A stretch of 64,000 nucleotides of DNA from an uncultured Bacteroidota bacterium (GTDB lineage: Bacteria > Bacteroidota > Bacteroidia > Chitinophagales > Chitinophagaceae): positions 7,353-71,352 of the forward strand of contig CAJBRT010000083.1 of NCBI GenBank assembly GCA_903958045.1, given 5' to 3'. This document shows, piece by piece, positions 55,243-64,000 of the stretch. How positions within the stretch are numbered: position 1 is the stretch's first letter; each line of letters opens with the position of its first letter. The notes beneath the pieces were generated by a model, which saw nothing but the letters and a program-made list of their open reading frames with translations, had not been told where the DNA came from and made no database searches. The position numbers and the translations under genes are program-made.

Positions 55243-56358
55243 ATGGCGGGAAGTTTTATTAGGCGCGCAACAAAAACGGTTTTTTTATGCATCAACTTAT
55301 TAGTTGCCGTTATTTTTTTGTTGGCTTGTTTGACGCCTTTTGCACCTACTAGTACTTGGTGGATTTTAGGATTTACAGGATTAGCAGTACCCTATGCTAT
55401 TATCATTTTATTTTTCTTCGCTATTTTTTGGCTCATCGCTAAACCCAAGCTATCACTCATTTCTATTGTAGTGCTTTGTATTGGATGGCAACAAATTGGG
55501 GTTATTGCTGCGGTAAAGCCGGGTCCCATGTTGTCCGACCGAAAAAGAGAAAATCATATCCGAATTATCGATTGGAACATTCAAAGTTTTAATGGACTAT
55601 CCCAAAAAGCACTTGTTAAAAAGCAAATACGTAAAGATATTGCTGCTAGCATATTGCTTCTAGAACCTGATGTTGTATGCTTGCAAGAATTTAATAGTTC
55701 TCAGGTCGGTGGCGCACAAACCAATAATATTGCGTTATTTAAAAAGCGGTATAAATATTTTTATTTTTCGAAAGACTATTCTAGAAATGATGGTGCGTAT
55801 CAATCGGGCTGTATCATTTTTTCTAAATATCAAATTATTGATTCGGGAAAAATTAAATTTCCAGTAGCAGAGAGTCTTATTTATGTTGATATTTTAAAAG
55901 GCGACGATACCATTCGAATTTTTAACACGCACCTCCAATCTTTTAAATTCAAGCAAAACGATTATTCTGATATTGAAAAAATTAAAGAGCAGGATGCTAA
56001 AACCATTGACGCTTCAATGAACCTTTTCAATAAAATGGGACAGGCGTTTAAAAGAAGAGGTCCACAAGCCGAGCTCGTTAAAAAAGCACTTGAATCCTCG
56101 CCGTATCCATCTATCATTTGCGGTGATTTTAATGACGTTCCCAATTCCTACACCTATTTTACCATCCGAAACAACTGGAAGGATGCATTTTTGCAAAAAG
56201 GGTTTGGCATTGGCAGTAGTTTTACAACCCTCGCTCCAACACTTCGTATCGACTATATTTTAGCAAGTCCTCCCTTTGACATCATTACATTTGATATGAT
56301 TGATGAAGGTCTTAGTGACCATGTGATGCTGGTTTCTGACGTACAATTAAAAAAATAA
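55243..56358 (+). CDS. Membrane-anchored endonuclease/exonuclease/phosphatase (EEP) family protein
   Basis: 371 aa. Three or four N-terminal TM segments, then an EEP domain (IIDWNIQS, VVCLQEF, CGDFND, SDHVML). Confidence 0.8.
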   Translation: MAGSFIRRATKTVFLCINLLVAVIFLLACLTPFAPTSTWWILGFTGLAVPYAIIILFFFAIFWLIAKPKLSLISIVVLCIGWQQIGVIAAVKPGPMLSDRKRENHIRIIDWNIQSFNGLSQKALVKKQIRKDIAASILLLEPDVVCLQEFNSSQVGGAQTNNIALFKKRYKYFYFSKDYSRNDGAYQSGCIIFSKYQIIDSGKIKFPVAESLIYVDILKGDDTIRIFNTHLQSFKFKQNDYSDIEKIKEQDAKTIDASMNLFNKMGQAFKRRGPQAELVKKALESSPYPSIICGDFNDVPNSYTYFTIRNNWKDAFLQKGFGIGSSFTTLAPTLRIDYILASPPFDIITFDMIDEGLSDHVMLVSDVQLKK

Positions 56359-56375
56359 AATACCTTCGTGACCTC

Positions 56376-57890
56376 ATGGCACCTTTAAAAGTATACAACT
56401 CGTTAACGCGTCAAAAAGAAGTATTTACGCCCATCAATGCGCCTTATGTGGGCATGTATGTGTGTGGTCCTACTGTTTCTGGCGAAAGCCATTTAGGTCA
56501 TGCTAGGCCCTTTATTACTTTTGATGTGGTATTTCGTTACTTACATCACCTTGGATACAAAGTGCGTTATGTGAGAAATATTACGGATGCTGGACACTTT
56601 GAAGAAGAAGGTAGAGAAGCAGAGGATAAAATTGCAACTAAAGCAGTTCTCGAAAAATTAGAACCGATGGAGCTGGTGCAGAAATACACCAACATGTTTC
56701 ATTGGGCTATGCAGCAGTTTAACAATTTGCCACCAAGTATTGAGCCTACTGCTACGGGTCATATTGTGGAGCAAATAGAAATGATTAAACAAATTATTGC
56801 AGATGGTTATGCGTATGAAGCCAACGGATCTGTTTATTTTAATGTAGAAAAATACAACACAGATTTTTCTAAAAAAGGTCAGCCGTATGGGATCTTAAGT
56901 GGCCGTAATTTAGAAGATCAACTGGATACAACAAGGGAGCTTGATAACCAAGATGAAAAGCAAAACAAATCTGATTTTGCGTTATGGAAAAAAGCACCTC
57001 TAGAACATATCATGCGTTGGCAAAGCCCCTGGGGTGAGGGTTTCCCAGGTTGGCATATTGAGTGTTCTGCGATGAGTTCAAAATATTTAGGTAAAAAATT
57101 TGATATACACGGTGGTGGAATGGATTTACAATTTCCGCACCACGAATGTGAAATTGCACAGAGCACCGTATGTAATCATGTGGCACCTGCCAATTATTGG
57201 TTGCATAATAATATGATTACCATCAATGGAAAAAAGATGGGAAAGAGTTATAACAACGTTATCAAACTCTCCGAACTTTTTGCGGGTACCCATCCAATAT
57301 TAGAGCAAGCATATGCCCCTAATACCGTTCGCTTTTTTATTTTACAAAGTCATTATAGAGGCACACTTGATTTTAGCAATGAAGCGCTAATTGCTGCCGA
57401 TAAAGCGGCAAAGCGTTTATGGGAAGCGTATGAGTGGTTGTCTAAACTAGAGGTTTCAGCGGTAGCATCAGCCCCATCCGATATTGAATTGGATAAAAAA
57501 GTAAATCAACTTGTTGATGATTTTGCGGTATTCATGAGCGACGATTTTAGTACGCCCAAAGTCCTTGCAAATATGTTTGAACTAGTGCCCATTATTAATG
57601 GCATTAAAGATAAACACACAGCCGTAGCAGCACTATCGAATAGTACCCTCCTACATCTACAGCGTTCTTTAAAAATATACCTCCAAGATATTTTTGGACT
57701 CGTTGCGCCTTCTGCCGCAAATACTGCTGTACTAGATGGGGTATTGCAATTACTAATTGAAGTGCGCAGTCAAGCCAAGGCAAGTAAAGATTTTGTCACA
57801 TCAGATAAAATCCGAAATCAGCTAATGGCACTAGGCATTCAATTAAAAGACGAGAAAGACGGAAGCGTTAGTTATTCTGTATCAAATTAA
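56376..57890 (+). CDS. cysS: Cysteine--tRNA ligase
   Basis: 504 aa with class I HIGH (HLGHAR) and KMSKS (KMGKS) motifs. CysRS-type sequence. Confidence 0.95.
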   Translation: MAPLKVYNSLTRQKEVFTPINAPYVGMYVCGPTVSGESHLGHARPFITFDVVFRYLHHLGYKVRYVRNITDAGHFEEEGREAEDKIATKAVLEKLEPMELVQKYTNMFHWAMQQFNNLPPSIEPTATGHIVEQIEMIKQIIADGYAYEANGSVYFNVEKYNTDFSKKGQPYGILSGRNLEDQLDTTRELDNQDEKQNKSDFALWKKAPLEHIMRWQSPWGEGFPGWHIECSAMSSKYLGKKFDIHGGGMDLQFPHHECEIAQSTVCNHVAPANYWLHNNMITINGKKMGKSYNNVIKLSELFAGTHPILEQAYAPNTVRFFILQSHYRGTLDFSNEALIAADKAAKRLWEAYEWLSKLEVSAVASAPSDIELDKKVNQLVDDFAVFMSDDFSTPKVLANMFELVPIINGIKDKHTAVAALSNSTLLHLQRSLKIYLQDIFGLVAPSAANTAVLDGVLQLLIEVRSQAKASKDFVTSDKIRNQLMALGIQLKDEKDGSVSYSVSN

Positions 57891-58279
57891 TGATTGCAAT
57901 CGTCGGCGTGTGCATGGTTATGTACCCTACACAATTTATAATTTAAATAATGGGCTATTACAACCAGTGCTACCGCTGGAAGTAGCAGCATAAGGCTATG
58001 CGAGTGCAGCATTGATTTTACAAATAGTAAACCAATGCCCGCTGCAAACAACAGCATTGGATAATAACTGTGGTGGTGTTTTTTGCGACCATGGTATAAC
58101 GAGTAAACACCTACAACAAACGCAAGGGCAATCATGATAAATTCAAAGCCTTGGTTTTCGATAATATTGACCCCAAAAAGAGGTAAGCTGCTCAAAATAA
58201 GAGGAAGCACCGCACAATGTATAGCGCATGCAACCGATGCGGCAATACCAAAAGCATCCCAATTGATTTTGAATTTCAT
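57887..58279 (-). CDS. MerC-domain-like small membrane protein with His/Cys-rich C-terminus
   Basis: 130 aa with 4 TM segments, a CAIHC motif in TM1, and a C-terminal [11 protein letters not shown]. Divergent from the SCO-Fur genes. Confidence 0.55.
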   Translation of the reverse strand: MKFKINWDAFGIAASVACAIHCAVLPLILSSLPLFGVNIIENQGFEFIMIALAFVVGVYSLYHGRKKHHHSYYPMLLFAAGIGLLFVKSMLHSHSLMLLLPAVALVVIAHYLNYKLCRVHNHAHADDCNH

Positions 58280-58284
58280 GGATA

Positions 58285-58292
58285 CAAAGGTA
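58285..58292 (-). promoter_or_regulatory. -7 promoter box TACCTTTG (minus strand), 5 nt upstream of the MerC-like ATG
   Basis: Exact TAnnTTTG match on the minus strand. The palindrome at 58298-58314 sits in the predicted -33/-7 spacer. Confidence 0.4.
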
Positions 58293-58297
58293 CACTA

Positions 58298-58314
58298 TTG
58301 CAACTATGTTGCAA
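58298..58314. promoter_or_regulatory. Candidate operator: perfect 7-3-7 palindrome TTGCAAC-TAT-GTTGCAA
   Basis: Perfect inverted repeat inside the 95-nt divergent intergenic region of the MerC-like and SCO/Fur-family genes. Confidence 0.35.
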
Positions 58315-58349
58315 AATGTTAAAATGCCCTTGTGGAGCGGCAATAACCG

Positions 58350-58357
58350 TAACTTTG
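58350..58357 (+). promoter_or_regulatory. -7 promoter box TAACTTTG upstream of the SCO gene
   Basis: Exact TAnnTTTG match 18 nt upstream of ATG 58375, with a TTG 18 nt further upstream (58329-58331). Confidence 0.4.
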
Positions 58358-58374
58358 AAGCCAATTCGAATAGT

Positions 58375-59031
58375 ATGAGCAAGAAACTGGCAATTTATTT
58401 AGTGTTTTTTACCCTCCTTTTGGCAGGGTTCTATTACTTCTTGTTTCGCGGCACCGATAACTGGAAGCCCAAACTAACCACCCTCGGTTATGTCAAGCCA
58501 TTTAAGTTTACCACACAAAATGGCAAATCTTTTACCAACGAAGATTTAAAAGGAAAGGTAACCGTGGTGCAGTATTTTTTTACAACCTGCAAAGGTATTT
58601 GCCCACGCATGCATGAAAGTATGCGTACCATTTACGAGGCCAACAAATCCAATCCTGATTTTTTGATTGTGGCGCACACCTGTAATCCAGAAACCGATTC
58701 GGTGGCACGCCTTAAAAAATATGCCGACTCTTTACAAATTGACACTAAAAAATGGGTGTTACTTACTGGAAGAAAAGATAGTTTGTACCAAATGGCCAGA
58801 AGCTCTTATTTACTGGATGATCCAAAAAATAACGTAGAAAAAATTGAAGATCAATTTATTCATACCCAGTTTTTTGCGCTGGTAGACCGTAATGGAAAAG
58901 TACGCGGACAAGTATACGACGCCCTCAAACAAACAGATTTACAACAACTGCAAATAGACCTCAAAAAATTATTAGCAGAAAGTATTTCAGGCACTTTTGT
59001 AAATGGCGTATTTACCAACAACCCCCAATAA
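58375..59031 (+). CDS. SCO1/SenC-family thioredoxin-fold copper chaperone
   Basis: About 218 aa from MSKKLAIY. N-terminal TM anchor, a CxxxC motif (CKGICP), and an SCO-type fold. Confidence 0.75.
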   Translation: MSKKLAIYLVFFTLLLAGFYYFLFRGTDNWKPKLTTLGYVKPFKFTTQNGKSFTNEDLKGKVTVVQYFFTTCKGICPRMHESMRTIYEANKSNPDFLIVAHTCNPETDSVARLKKYADSLQIDTKKWVLLTGRKDSLYQMARSSYLLDDPKNNVEKIEDQFIHTQFFALVDRNGKVRGQVYDALKQTDLQQLQIDLKKLLAESISGTFVNGVFTNNPQ

Positions 59032-59038
59032 ATAATAG

Positions 59039-59464
59039 GTGGAGCAAAAAATTATTGATCTATTAAAAAGAAGTAATTTAAGTATTACGGATAGCAGAAA
59101 AAAAATTCTCGAAAGTTTTTTTGAGGAAGATTCTGCGCTCGCACATGCGGATATTGAAGATCATGTAGGTGAAGATTTTGACCGCGTTACGATTTATAGA
59201 ACCCTTCAAACCTTTGTAGACAAAGGGATTATCCATACTATACCTACACCAGACAATGCTGTTTTGTATGCACTTTGCAAAGACAGTTGCAGTGCGGGGC
59301 ATCACCACGACAATCATGTTCATTTTATTTGTGACAATTGTAATAAAACTTTTTGTTTAGAGCATGTTGTTGTCCCTGCCGTTCACATGCCGGTTGGTTT
59401 TGCTGCTTCACAAATTGATATGGTGGTAAGTGGTATTTGTAATTATTGTAATGCTACAACTTAA
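59039..59464 (+). CDS. Fur-family transcriptional regulator (Fur/Zur/PerR type)
   Basis: 141 aa with a GTG start. Winged-helix segment (TIYRTLQTFVDKGIIH), a His-rich metal site (HHHDNHVHF), and two CxxC pairs (CDNC, CNYC). Confidence 0.85.
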   Translation: MEQKIIDLLKRSNLSITDSRKKILESFFEEDSALAHADIEDHVGEDFDRVTIYRTLQTFVDKGIIHTIPTPDNAVLYALCKDSCSAGHHHDNHVHFICDNCNKTFCLEHVVVPAVHMPVGFAASQIDMVVSGICNYCNATT

Positions 59465-59472
59465 ATTTTTGT

Positions 59473-60468
59473 ATGATATTTATTACAGGCGCTAGCGGTT
59501 TACTCGGATCTTCATTGATAGAAACATTGTTTGAAAAACATACGGGCACCAGGCCACTTAAAATTCGTGCACTATACCGAAAGCAAATTCCTGCTATACA
59601 ATTTGCAGAAAAAGTTGAGTGGATCGAAGGAGATGTTCTAGATGTTGTGGTGTTGGAAGAGGCCATGAAAGGTGTAGAACAAGTATACCACTGCGCGGCT
59701 ATTGTGTCCTTTCATCCGAAGCTAAAACAGAAGATGCATGCCACCAATATTGATGGCACGGCCAACGTTGTAAATGCTTGTATTGATGCTGGCATTAAAA
59801 AGTTGTTATTTGTAAGTTCGGTAGCTGCACTGGGTAGAATAAGAGAAGACGGTCCTATCAATGAAACGATGAACTGGTCCGAAAAAACAAGTAATAGTGA
59901 ATATGGTAAAACAAAATATTTAGCCGAAATGGAAGTGTGGAGAGGGATTGGAGAAGGCCTCGACGCGGTAATCGTAAATCCGGTTATTATTTTAGGAAGT
60001 GGCAGCTGGCATACTGGGTCTACGAGTATATTTAAATCGGCATATAACCGTTTCCCATGGTATACAACAGGTGTGAGTGGGTTTGTAGACGTAAAAGACG
60101 TTTCAAGCGCCATGACTCAGCTTATGAATAGTGATATTAAGTCACAGCGCTTTATTATTAGTGGCCATAATACCCCTTACCGCACCATATTTAATTTAAT
60201 TGCCGACGCTTTTAAAGTACCCCGTCCGTCTAAAAAGGTAACGCCTCTATTAGCTGCCATTGTGTGGAGGATCGAAGCGGTAAAAACCTTTTTTACAGGT
60301 AGTTCACCGCTGTTAACCAAAGAAACGACGTTAACGGCTCAGGCTGCTGTTTATTTTGACAATAGTAAATTATTAAAAGCCTTACCTGATTTTTCGTACA
60401 CGCCACTGGAACAAACCATCAATAGAGTGGCAGATGAGTTAAGGGTAAAATATAATTTAAAGGGATAG
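59473..60468 (+). CDS. NAD-dependent epimerase/dehydratase (extended SDR) family protein
   Basis: 331 aa with the Rossmann motif FITGASGLLGS and a YGKTK catalytic motif. Confidence 0.8.
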   Translation: MIFITGASGLLGSSLIETLFEKHTGTRPLKIRALYRKQIPAIQFAEKVEWIEGDVLDVVVLEEAMKGVEQVYHCAAIVSFHPKLKQKMHATNIDGTANVVNACIDAGIKKLLFVSSVAALGRIREDGPINETMNWSEKTSNSEYGKTKYLAEMEVWRGIGEGLDAVIVNPVIILGSGSWHTGSTSIFKSAYNRFPWYTTGVSGFVDVKDVSSAMTQLMNSDIKSQRFIISGHNTPYRTIFNLIADAFKVPRPSKKVTPLLAAIVWRIEAVKTFFTGSSPLLTKETTLTAQAAVYFDNSKLLKALPDFSYTPLEQTINRVADELRVKYNLKG

Positions 60469-60478
60469 TCAGGTAGCG

Positions 60479-61423
60479 CTAGTCCATTACTTTTTTCCAG
60501 AGTTCAGGGATTCTTTTGATCCACACTAGTTCGCGTCTTTTTGCTGATGCTTCTGTGGCAGGAAAGCCCATATAGGTTTTGCCGCCTTCTAAATTATTGG
60601 TAACGCCCGCCTGACCTAAAACCACAGCGCCGGCTCCAATTCGAATGGTTTTATTCACACCAACCTGTCCCCACAGGGTAACGCCGTCTTCTAAAATCGT
60701 ACCACCTGCAATGCCAACCTGTGCGGCAAGCAAACAGTTTTTTCCAATAATGGTATCGTGTCCAATATGTACCTGGTTGTCAATTTTTGTGCCGGCTCCA
60801 ATTTTTGTGATGGCAGTAACGCCTCTATCAATGGTACAGTTGGCACCAATTTCTACTCCATCTTCAAGTACCACAGATCCACAACTTTCCATTTTTTTAA
60901 ACCACTGGTCTCTATTTTTTTTAGTGTTATAATAGAATGCATCGCTACCAATGATGGTACCAGCTTGTACAATAACGTTGTCTCCAATAATGGTATTATC
61001 TAGTATGCAAACACCCGGATAAATCCTACAATTTTTTCCAATCCGAACATGATTACCCATAAAAACCTGCGGCATAATATAAGTGCCTTCTCCTATGAAA
61101 GCATTGTCTGATATAGGTTCTGTTGCTTTTAGTACGGGATTAAAATGATGCACAATGGTTAGGTAAGATTCAAATGGATCCTTGGTAACGAGTATTGTTT
61201 TTCCTTCCGGTACGGTAACATCAGATGTATTGATGATGATAAAACTAGCTGCGCTATTAAGGCAGGTATCATAATATTTTGGATGGTCTACAAAAACCAA
61301 ATCCCCTGGTTCCACCACATGAATTTCATTGATACCATACACGTTTGCATTGGTATCACCTACAACGCTTGCACCAATTAATTCCGCAATACGACTCACT
61401 AAAATAGGACTTGGAAACTTCAT
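60479..61423 (-). CDS. lpxD: UDP-3-O-acylglucosamine N-acyltransferase
   Basis: 314 aa with an LpxD N-terminal domain plus left-handed beta-helix hexapeptide repeats. Confidence 0.85.
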   Translation of the reverse strand: MKFPSPILVSRIAELIGASVVGDTNANVYGINEIHVVEPGDLVFVDHPKYYDTCLNSAASFIIINTSDVTVPEGKTILVTKDPFESYLTIVHHFNPVLKATEPISDNAFIGEGTYIMPQVFMGNHVRIGKNCRIYPGVCILDNTIIGDNVIVQAGTIIGSDAFYYNTKKNRDQWFKKMESCGSVVLEDGVEIGANCTIDRGVTAITKIGAGTKIDNQVHIGHDTIIGKNCLLAAQVGIAGGTILEDGVTLWGQVGVNKTIRIGAGAVVLGQAGVTNNLEGGKTYMGFPATEASAKRRELVWIKRIPELWKKVMD

Positions 61424-61638
61424 ACTAAACCGTTTGATTGTTGTAAAGGTAATACTCCATGCGCATAAGCATTAAGTGCTCAACTCCATTTTACGCGCTG
61501 TGATTTGATGCAGTATACCCATTTGATTCTAAAATGTTAATAAAATTGTTTACAAATAATATTGAATCATCTAAAAGTATTTTTAATATTGTGGTAGGGA
61601 AATTTATTTCCCTGTACTTACTAACCCATCCATATATA

Positions 61639-61669
61639 AAGTCTCGCTTCTGCGAGACTTTTGTTTTTT
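61639..61669 (+). terminator. Orphan intrinsic terminator-like hairpin directly upstream of the pseudouridine synthase start
   Basis: 9-bp stem AAGTCTCGC / GCGAGACTT with loop TTCT, followed by TTGTTTTTT. There is no upstream plus-strand CDS for it to terminate. Confidence 0.6.
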
Positions 61670-61671
61670 AT

Positions 61672-62253
61672 ATGAATCAGTACTTTATTATCTACAAACC
61701 CTACCTTGTTGCTTCTCAGTTTTCGCCCATCGAAAACAAAGAAACGCTAGCGAGTTACTTTGATGTACCAAAGGATGTATATCCTGTTGGTAGGCTAGAT
61801 GCAGATAGTGAAGGCTTACTTATTTTAACAAACGATACTTCTTTAAACCATCAATTATTGCATCCCAGTTTTGCGCATCAACGTACTTATTATGCGCAGG
61901 TGGATGGTGCCATTACCAAAGAAGCGGTTCAAAAGTTAGAGGCAGGTGTAACGATTCAGGTAGATGGAAAACCTTATCTCACCAAATCAGCAAGGGCAGC
62001 CATTTTTGAAATCGATCCGGTGGTCCCTCCCAGAAATCCACCTATCAGATTTAGAAAAGAAATTCCAGCGCCATGGATTCATTTGTCTTTAACCGAAGGA
62101 AAAAATAGACAAGTGCGTAAAATGACCGCTGCAGTTGGCTTTCCTACCCTAAGGCTTATACGTTATAGCATTGGAAAGCTTTCTATTGCGGGCATGCAGC
62201 CGGGCGATATCATTGAAATGGGTCAGAAAGAAATGATGTATCAGCTACTATAA
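61672..62253 (+). CDS. Pseudouridine synthase (RsuA/RluE family, no S4 domain)
   Basis: About 193 aa from MNQYFIIYKPY. Catalytic motif GRLDADSEGLLILTND. The ORF-track extension back to 61534 is AT-rich and contains the terminator hairpin. Confidence 0.85.
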   Translation: MNQYFIIYKPYLVASQFSPIENKETLASYFDVPKDVYPVGRLDADSEGLLILTNDTSLNHQLLHPSFAHQRTYYAQVDGAITKEAVQKLEAGVTIQVDGKPYLTKSARAAIFEIDPVVPPRNPPIRFRKEIPAPWIHLSLTEGKNRQVRKMTAAVGFPTLRLIRYSIGKLSIAGMQPGDIIEMGQKEMMYQLL

Positions 62254-62366
62254 TAAAGCTGCGCCTTAGTTCTTTTTGGGAAACGAGCCGCATGTCTTAA
62301 TTTCGCAGCGCGCCTTAATAGATTTGCTAGTAAAGAATCTACCGCGCCATTAAATTCTTATAAAAT

Positions 62367-63893
62367 ATGAGTCAGCCACATTTAAGTGAACAAGAAATCA
62401 TTCGTAGAGAAAAATTGCAAGCGATGCAAAGTGCAGGCGTGGATGCATTTCCTGCGGCACTCTATCCAGTAACGCATTACTCTACTGATATTAAAGAAGG
62501 ATTTACCGAAGAAACAGCGGCTCATTATGCAGCAGTTTGTGTGGCAGGACGCATCATGAGTATCAACGATAAGGGTAAAGTATTTTTTATAAAAATTCAG
62601 GACACCAAAGGCATTATTCAACTCTATGTAAAAAGAGATAATATTTGCCCAGCTGAAGATTTTAGTTTTTGGGACAATGTTGTAAAGCATGGTTTAGACT
62701 TAGGCGATATTATTGGTGTAACGGGGTATGCCTTTATTACTAAAACAGGAGAGACCTCTATTCACGCCGATAGCTTAACCCTACTTACAAAATCATTAAA
62801 ACCATTACCAGTTGTTAAACGTGATGATGAGGGTAATGTATTTGATGCAGTAACAGATCCAGAGTTTAGATACCGTCAACGCTACGCCGATTTAATTATC
62901 AATCCGGATGTAAAAGATACGTTTGTAAAAAGAACAAAACTGATCAATACCATTCGTGAATTTTTAAATGCACAAGGTGCGTTAGAGGTGGATACGCCTG
63001 TGTTACAGGCCATTCCGGGTGGCGCAGCAGCGCGTCCATTTGCAACGCATCATAATGCACTAGACACGCCTTTTTATTTGCGTATTGCCAATGAGCTTTA
63101 TTTAAAAAGATTAATAGTAGGTGGATTTGACTGGGTATATGAGTTTAGTAGAAACTTTAGAAATGAGGGTATGGATAGAACCCATAATCCAGAATTTACG
63201 GTGCTTGAATGGTACACCGCGTACAAAGATTATTTCTGGATGATGGAAACCACCGAGCAATTATTTGAAAAAATTGCATTGGCGTTACACGGCACAACTG
63301 TTGTTGCAGTAGGCGACAAAACCATTGACTTTAAAGCACCCTTTAAGCGCATTAGTATCCACGATGCCATTAAAGAAAATACAGGCATCGATGTAAGTGG
63401 CCTAGATGAAGAAGGATTAAGAGGCGTGTGCAAACAATTACATATTGATGTGCCTACCAATATTGGAAAAGGTAAGCTTATTGATGAGCTTTTTGGTGCT
63501 ACATCGGAACACACTTTTATTCAGCCTACATTTATAATTGACTATCCTGTAGAAATGAGTCCTTTAACCAAGAAGCACCGTTCTAAACCCGGACTTGTAG
63601 AGCGTTTTGAGCTCATGGTGAATGGTAAGGAAATTGCCAACGCGTATTCTGAATTAAACGACCCTATCGATCAGCGCGAACGTTTTGAAGAACAAATGAA
63701 ACTGATGGAGCGTGGTGATGATGAAGCGATGTTTATTGACCACGACTTTTTACGTGCACTCGAGTATGGCATGCCACCTACCGCTGGTATTGGTATTGGG
63801 ATAGACCGTTTGTGTATGATGATGACCAACCAACCTTCTATTCAGGATGTGTTGTTGTTCCCTCAAATGCGCCCCGAAAATCCGGCCCACTAA
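62367..63893 (+). CDS. lysS: Lysine--tRNA ligase (class II)
   Basis: 508 aa with an OB-fold anticodon-binding domain plus class II motifs (FRNEGMD, GIGIGIDRL). Confidence 0.95.
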   Translation: MSQPHLSEQEIIRREKLQAMQSAGVDAFPAALYPVTHYSTDIKEGFTEETAAHYAAVCVAGRIMSINDKGKVFFIKIQDTKGIIQLYVKRDNICPAEDFSFWDNVVKHGLDLGDIIGVTGYAFITKTGETSIHADSLTLLTKSLKPLPVVKRDDEGNVFDAVTDPEFRYRQRYADLIINPDVKDTFVKRTKLINTIREFLNAQGALEVDTPVLQAIPGGAAARPFATHHNALDTPFYLRIANELYLKRLIVGGFDWVYEFSRNFRNEGMDRTHNPEFTVLEWYTAYKDYFWMMETTEQLFEKIALALHGTTVVAVGDKTIDFKAPFKRISIHDAIKENTGIDVSGLDEEGLRGVCKQLHIDVPTNIGKGKLIDELFGATSEHTFIQPTFIIDYPVEMSPLTKKHRSKPGLVERFELMVNGKEIANAYSELNDPIDQRERFEEQMKLMERGDDEAMFIDHDFLRALEYGMPPTAGIGIGIDRLCMMMTNQPSIQDVLLFPQMRPENPAH

Positions 63894-63908
63894 AAAACAG
63901 CTAAGCTT

Positions 63909-64000
63909 TATACAAAGAGGTCGTTGAATAATTGTCCCCCAGGCACTACGGCGTAGTGATCTAAATTAGTAATACCTTCTTTGGCAAGTACTTCTTCGTC
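63909..64000 (-). CDS. 3' end of an unidentified minus-strand CDS (partial, runs off the window)
   Basis: Hand translation of the reverse strand gives ..DEEVLAKEGITNLDHYAVVPGGQLFNDLFV followed by TAA (63909-63911). The product was not recognised. Confidence 0.4.

Noticed and set aside
61534-61671. ORF-track N-terminal extension of the pseudouridine synthase (46 extra codons).
   Set aside because: The extension is AT-rich and low in complexity, and it contains the terminator hairpin. The conserved family N-terminus begins at MNQYFIIYKPY (ATG 61672).
62261-62352. Three GC-rich direct repeats, GCGCCTTA / GCGCCTTA / GCGCCATTA, in the leader of lysS.
   Set aside because: Their spacing is irregular (49 and 34 nt). 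There is no convincing hairpin, terminator or T-box/riboswitch-like structure. Eight-mers can recur by chance, and I could not support a function for them.
1-64000. Searched for CRISPR arrays, tRNA/rRNA genes, transposases, integrases, toxin-antitoxin pairs, restriction-modification systems or other recognisable defence islands.
   Set aside because: I found no direct-repeat/spacer arrays, no tRNA-like cloverleaf candidates and no recombinase-like ORFs. The window looks like core chromosome plus glycan-utilisation genes.

Overview
This is a compact, almost fully coding 64-kb chromosomal segment. It looks like a Bacteroidota genome (Sphingobacteriia/Chitinophagia-like), judged from TAnnTTTG -7 promoter boxes, absence of Shine-Dalgarno sites, many secreted glycan-active proteins, and GH3-family, DUF4838-like and paired rhomboid genes. 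I found no rRNA, tRNA, CRISPR array, transposase, integrase or recognisable defence system.

Content by region:
- 0-5.8 kb: a fucP-led non-phosphorylative L-fucose/6-deoxyhexose catabolic operon (UxaA-type dehydratase, two SDRs, FAH hydrolase, RhaM-like mutarotase).
- 5.8-13 kb and 28.8-39.5 kb: secreted glycan-degrading proteins. These are a GH36-like protein, two about 1060-aa BNR/sortilin-like paralogs, GH20 hexosaminidase, an esterase, a DUF4838-like protein, and an SSS sugar symporter.
- 16-19.7 kb: Nramp-like transporter plus pxpABC 5-oxoprolinase.
- Scattered housekeeping genes: selU/mnmH, rmuC, mtgA, apbE, fabG, lptB, metF, rlmD, cysS, lpxD, lysS, and a pseudouridine synthase.
- 57.9-59.5 kb: a divergent MerC-like / SCO-Fur metal module.

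Most unusual locus (39.5-46.4 kb, minus strand): a translationally coupled SulP / beta-carbonic anhydrase / ABC / HlyD / TolC operon. Its ABC protein keeps Walker A but has degenerate signature, Walker B/catalytic-Glu and H-loop motifs, and no cargo gene is visible.

Other points worth a second look:
- a single in-frame TAA splitting one sortilin-like paralog
- a small secreted protein built from 13-residue repeats
- an orphan intrinsic terminator just upstream of a start codon
- a glycosyltransferase whose conserved N-terminus lies upstream of any canonical start codon
- an SDR with YxxxN instead of YxxxK
- several -7 boxes abutting start codons, suggesting leaderless mRNAs

All calls are by eye from the supplied translations and sequence. 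No searches were run.
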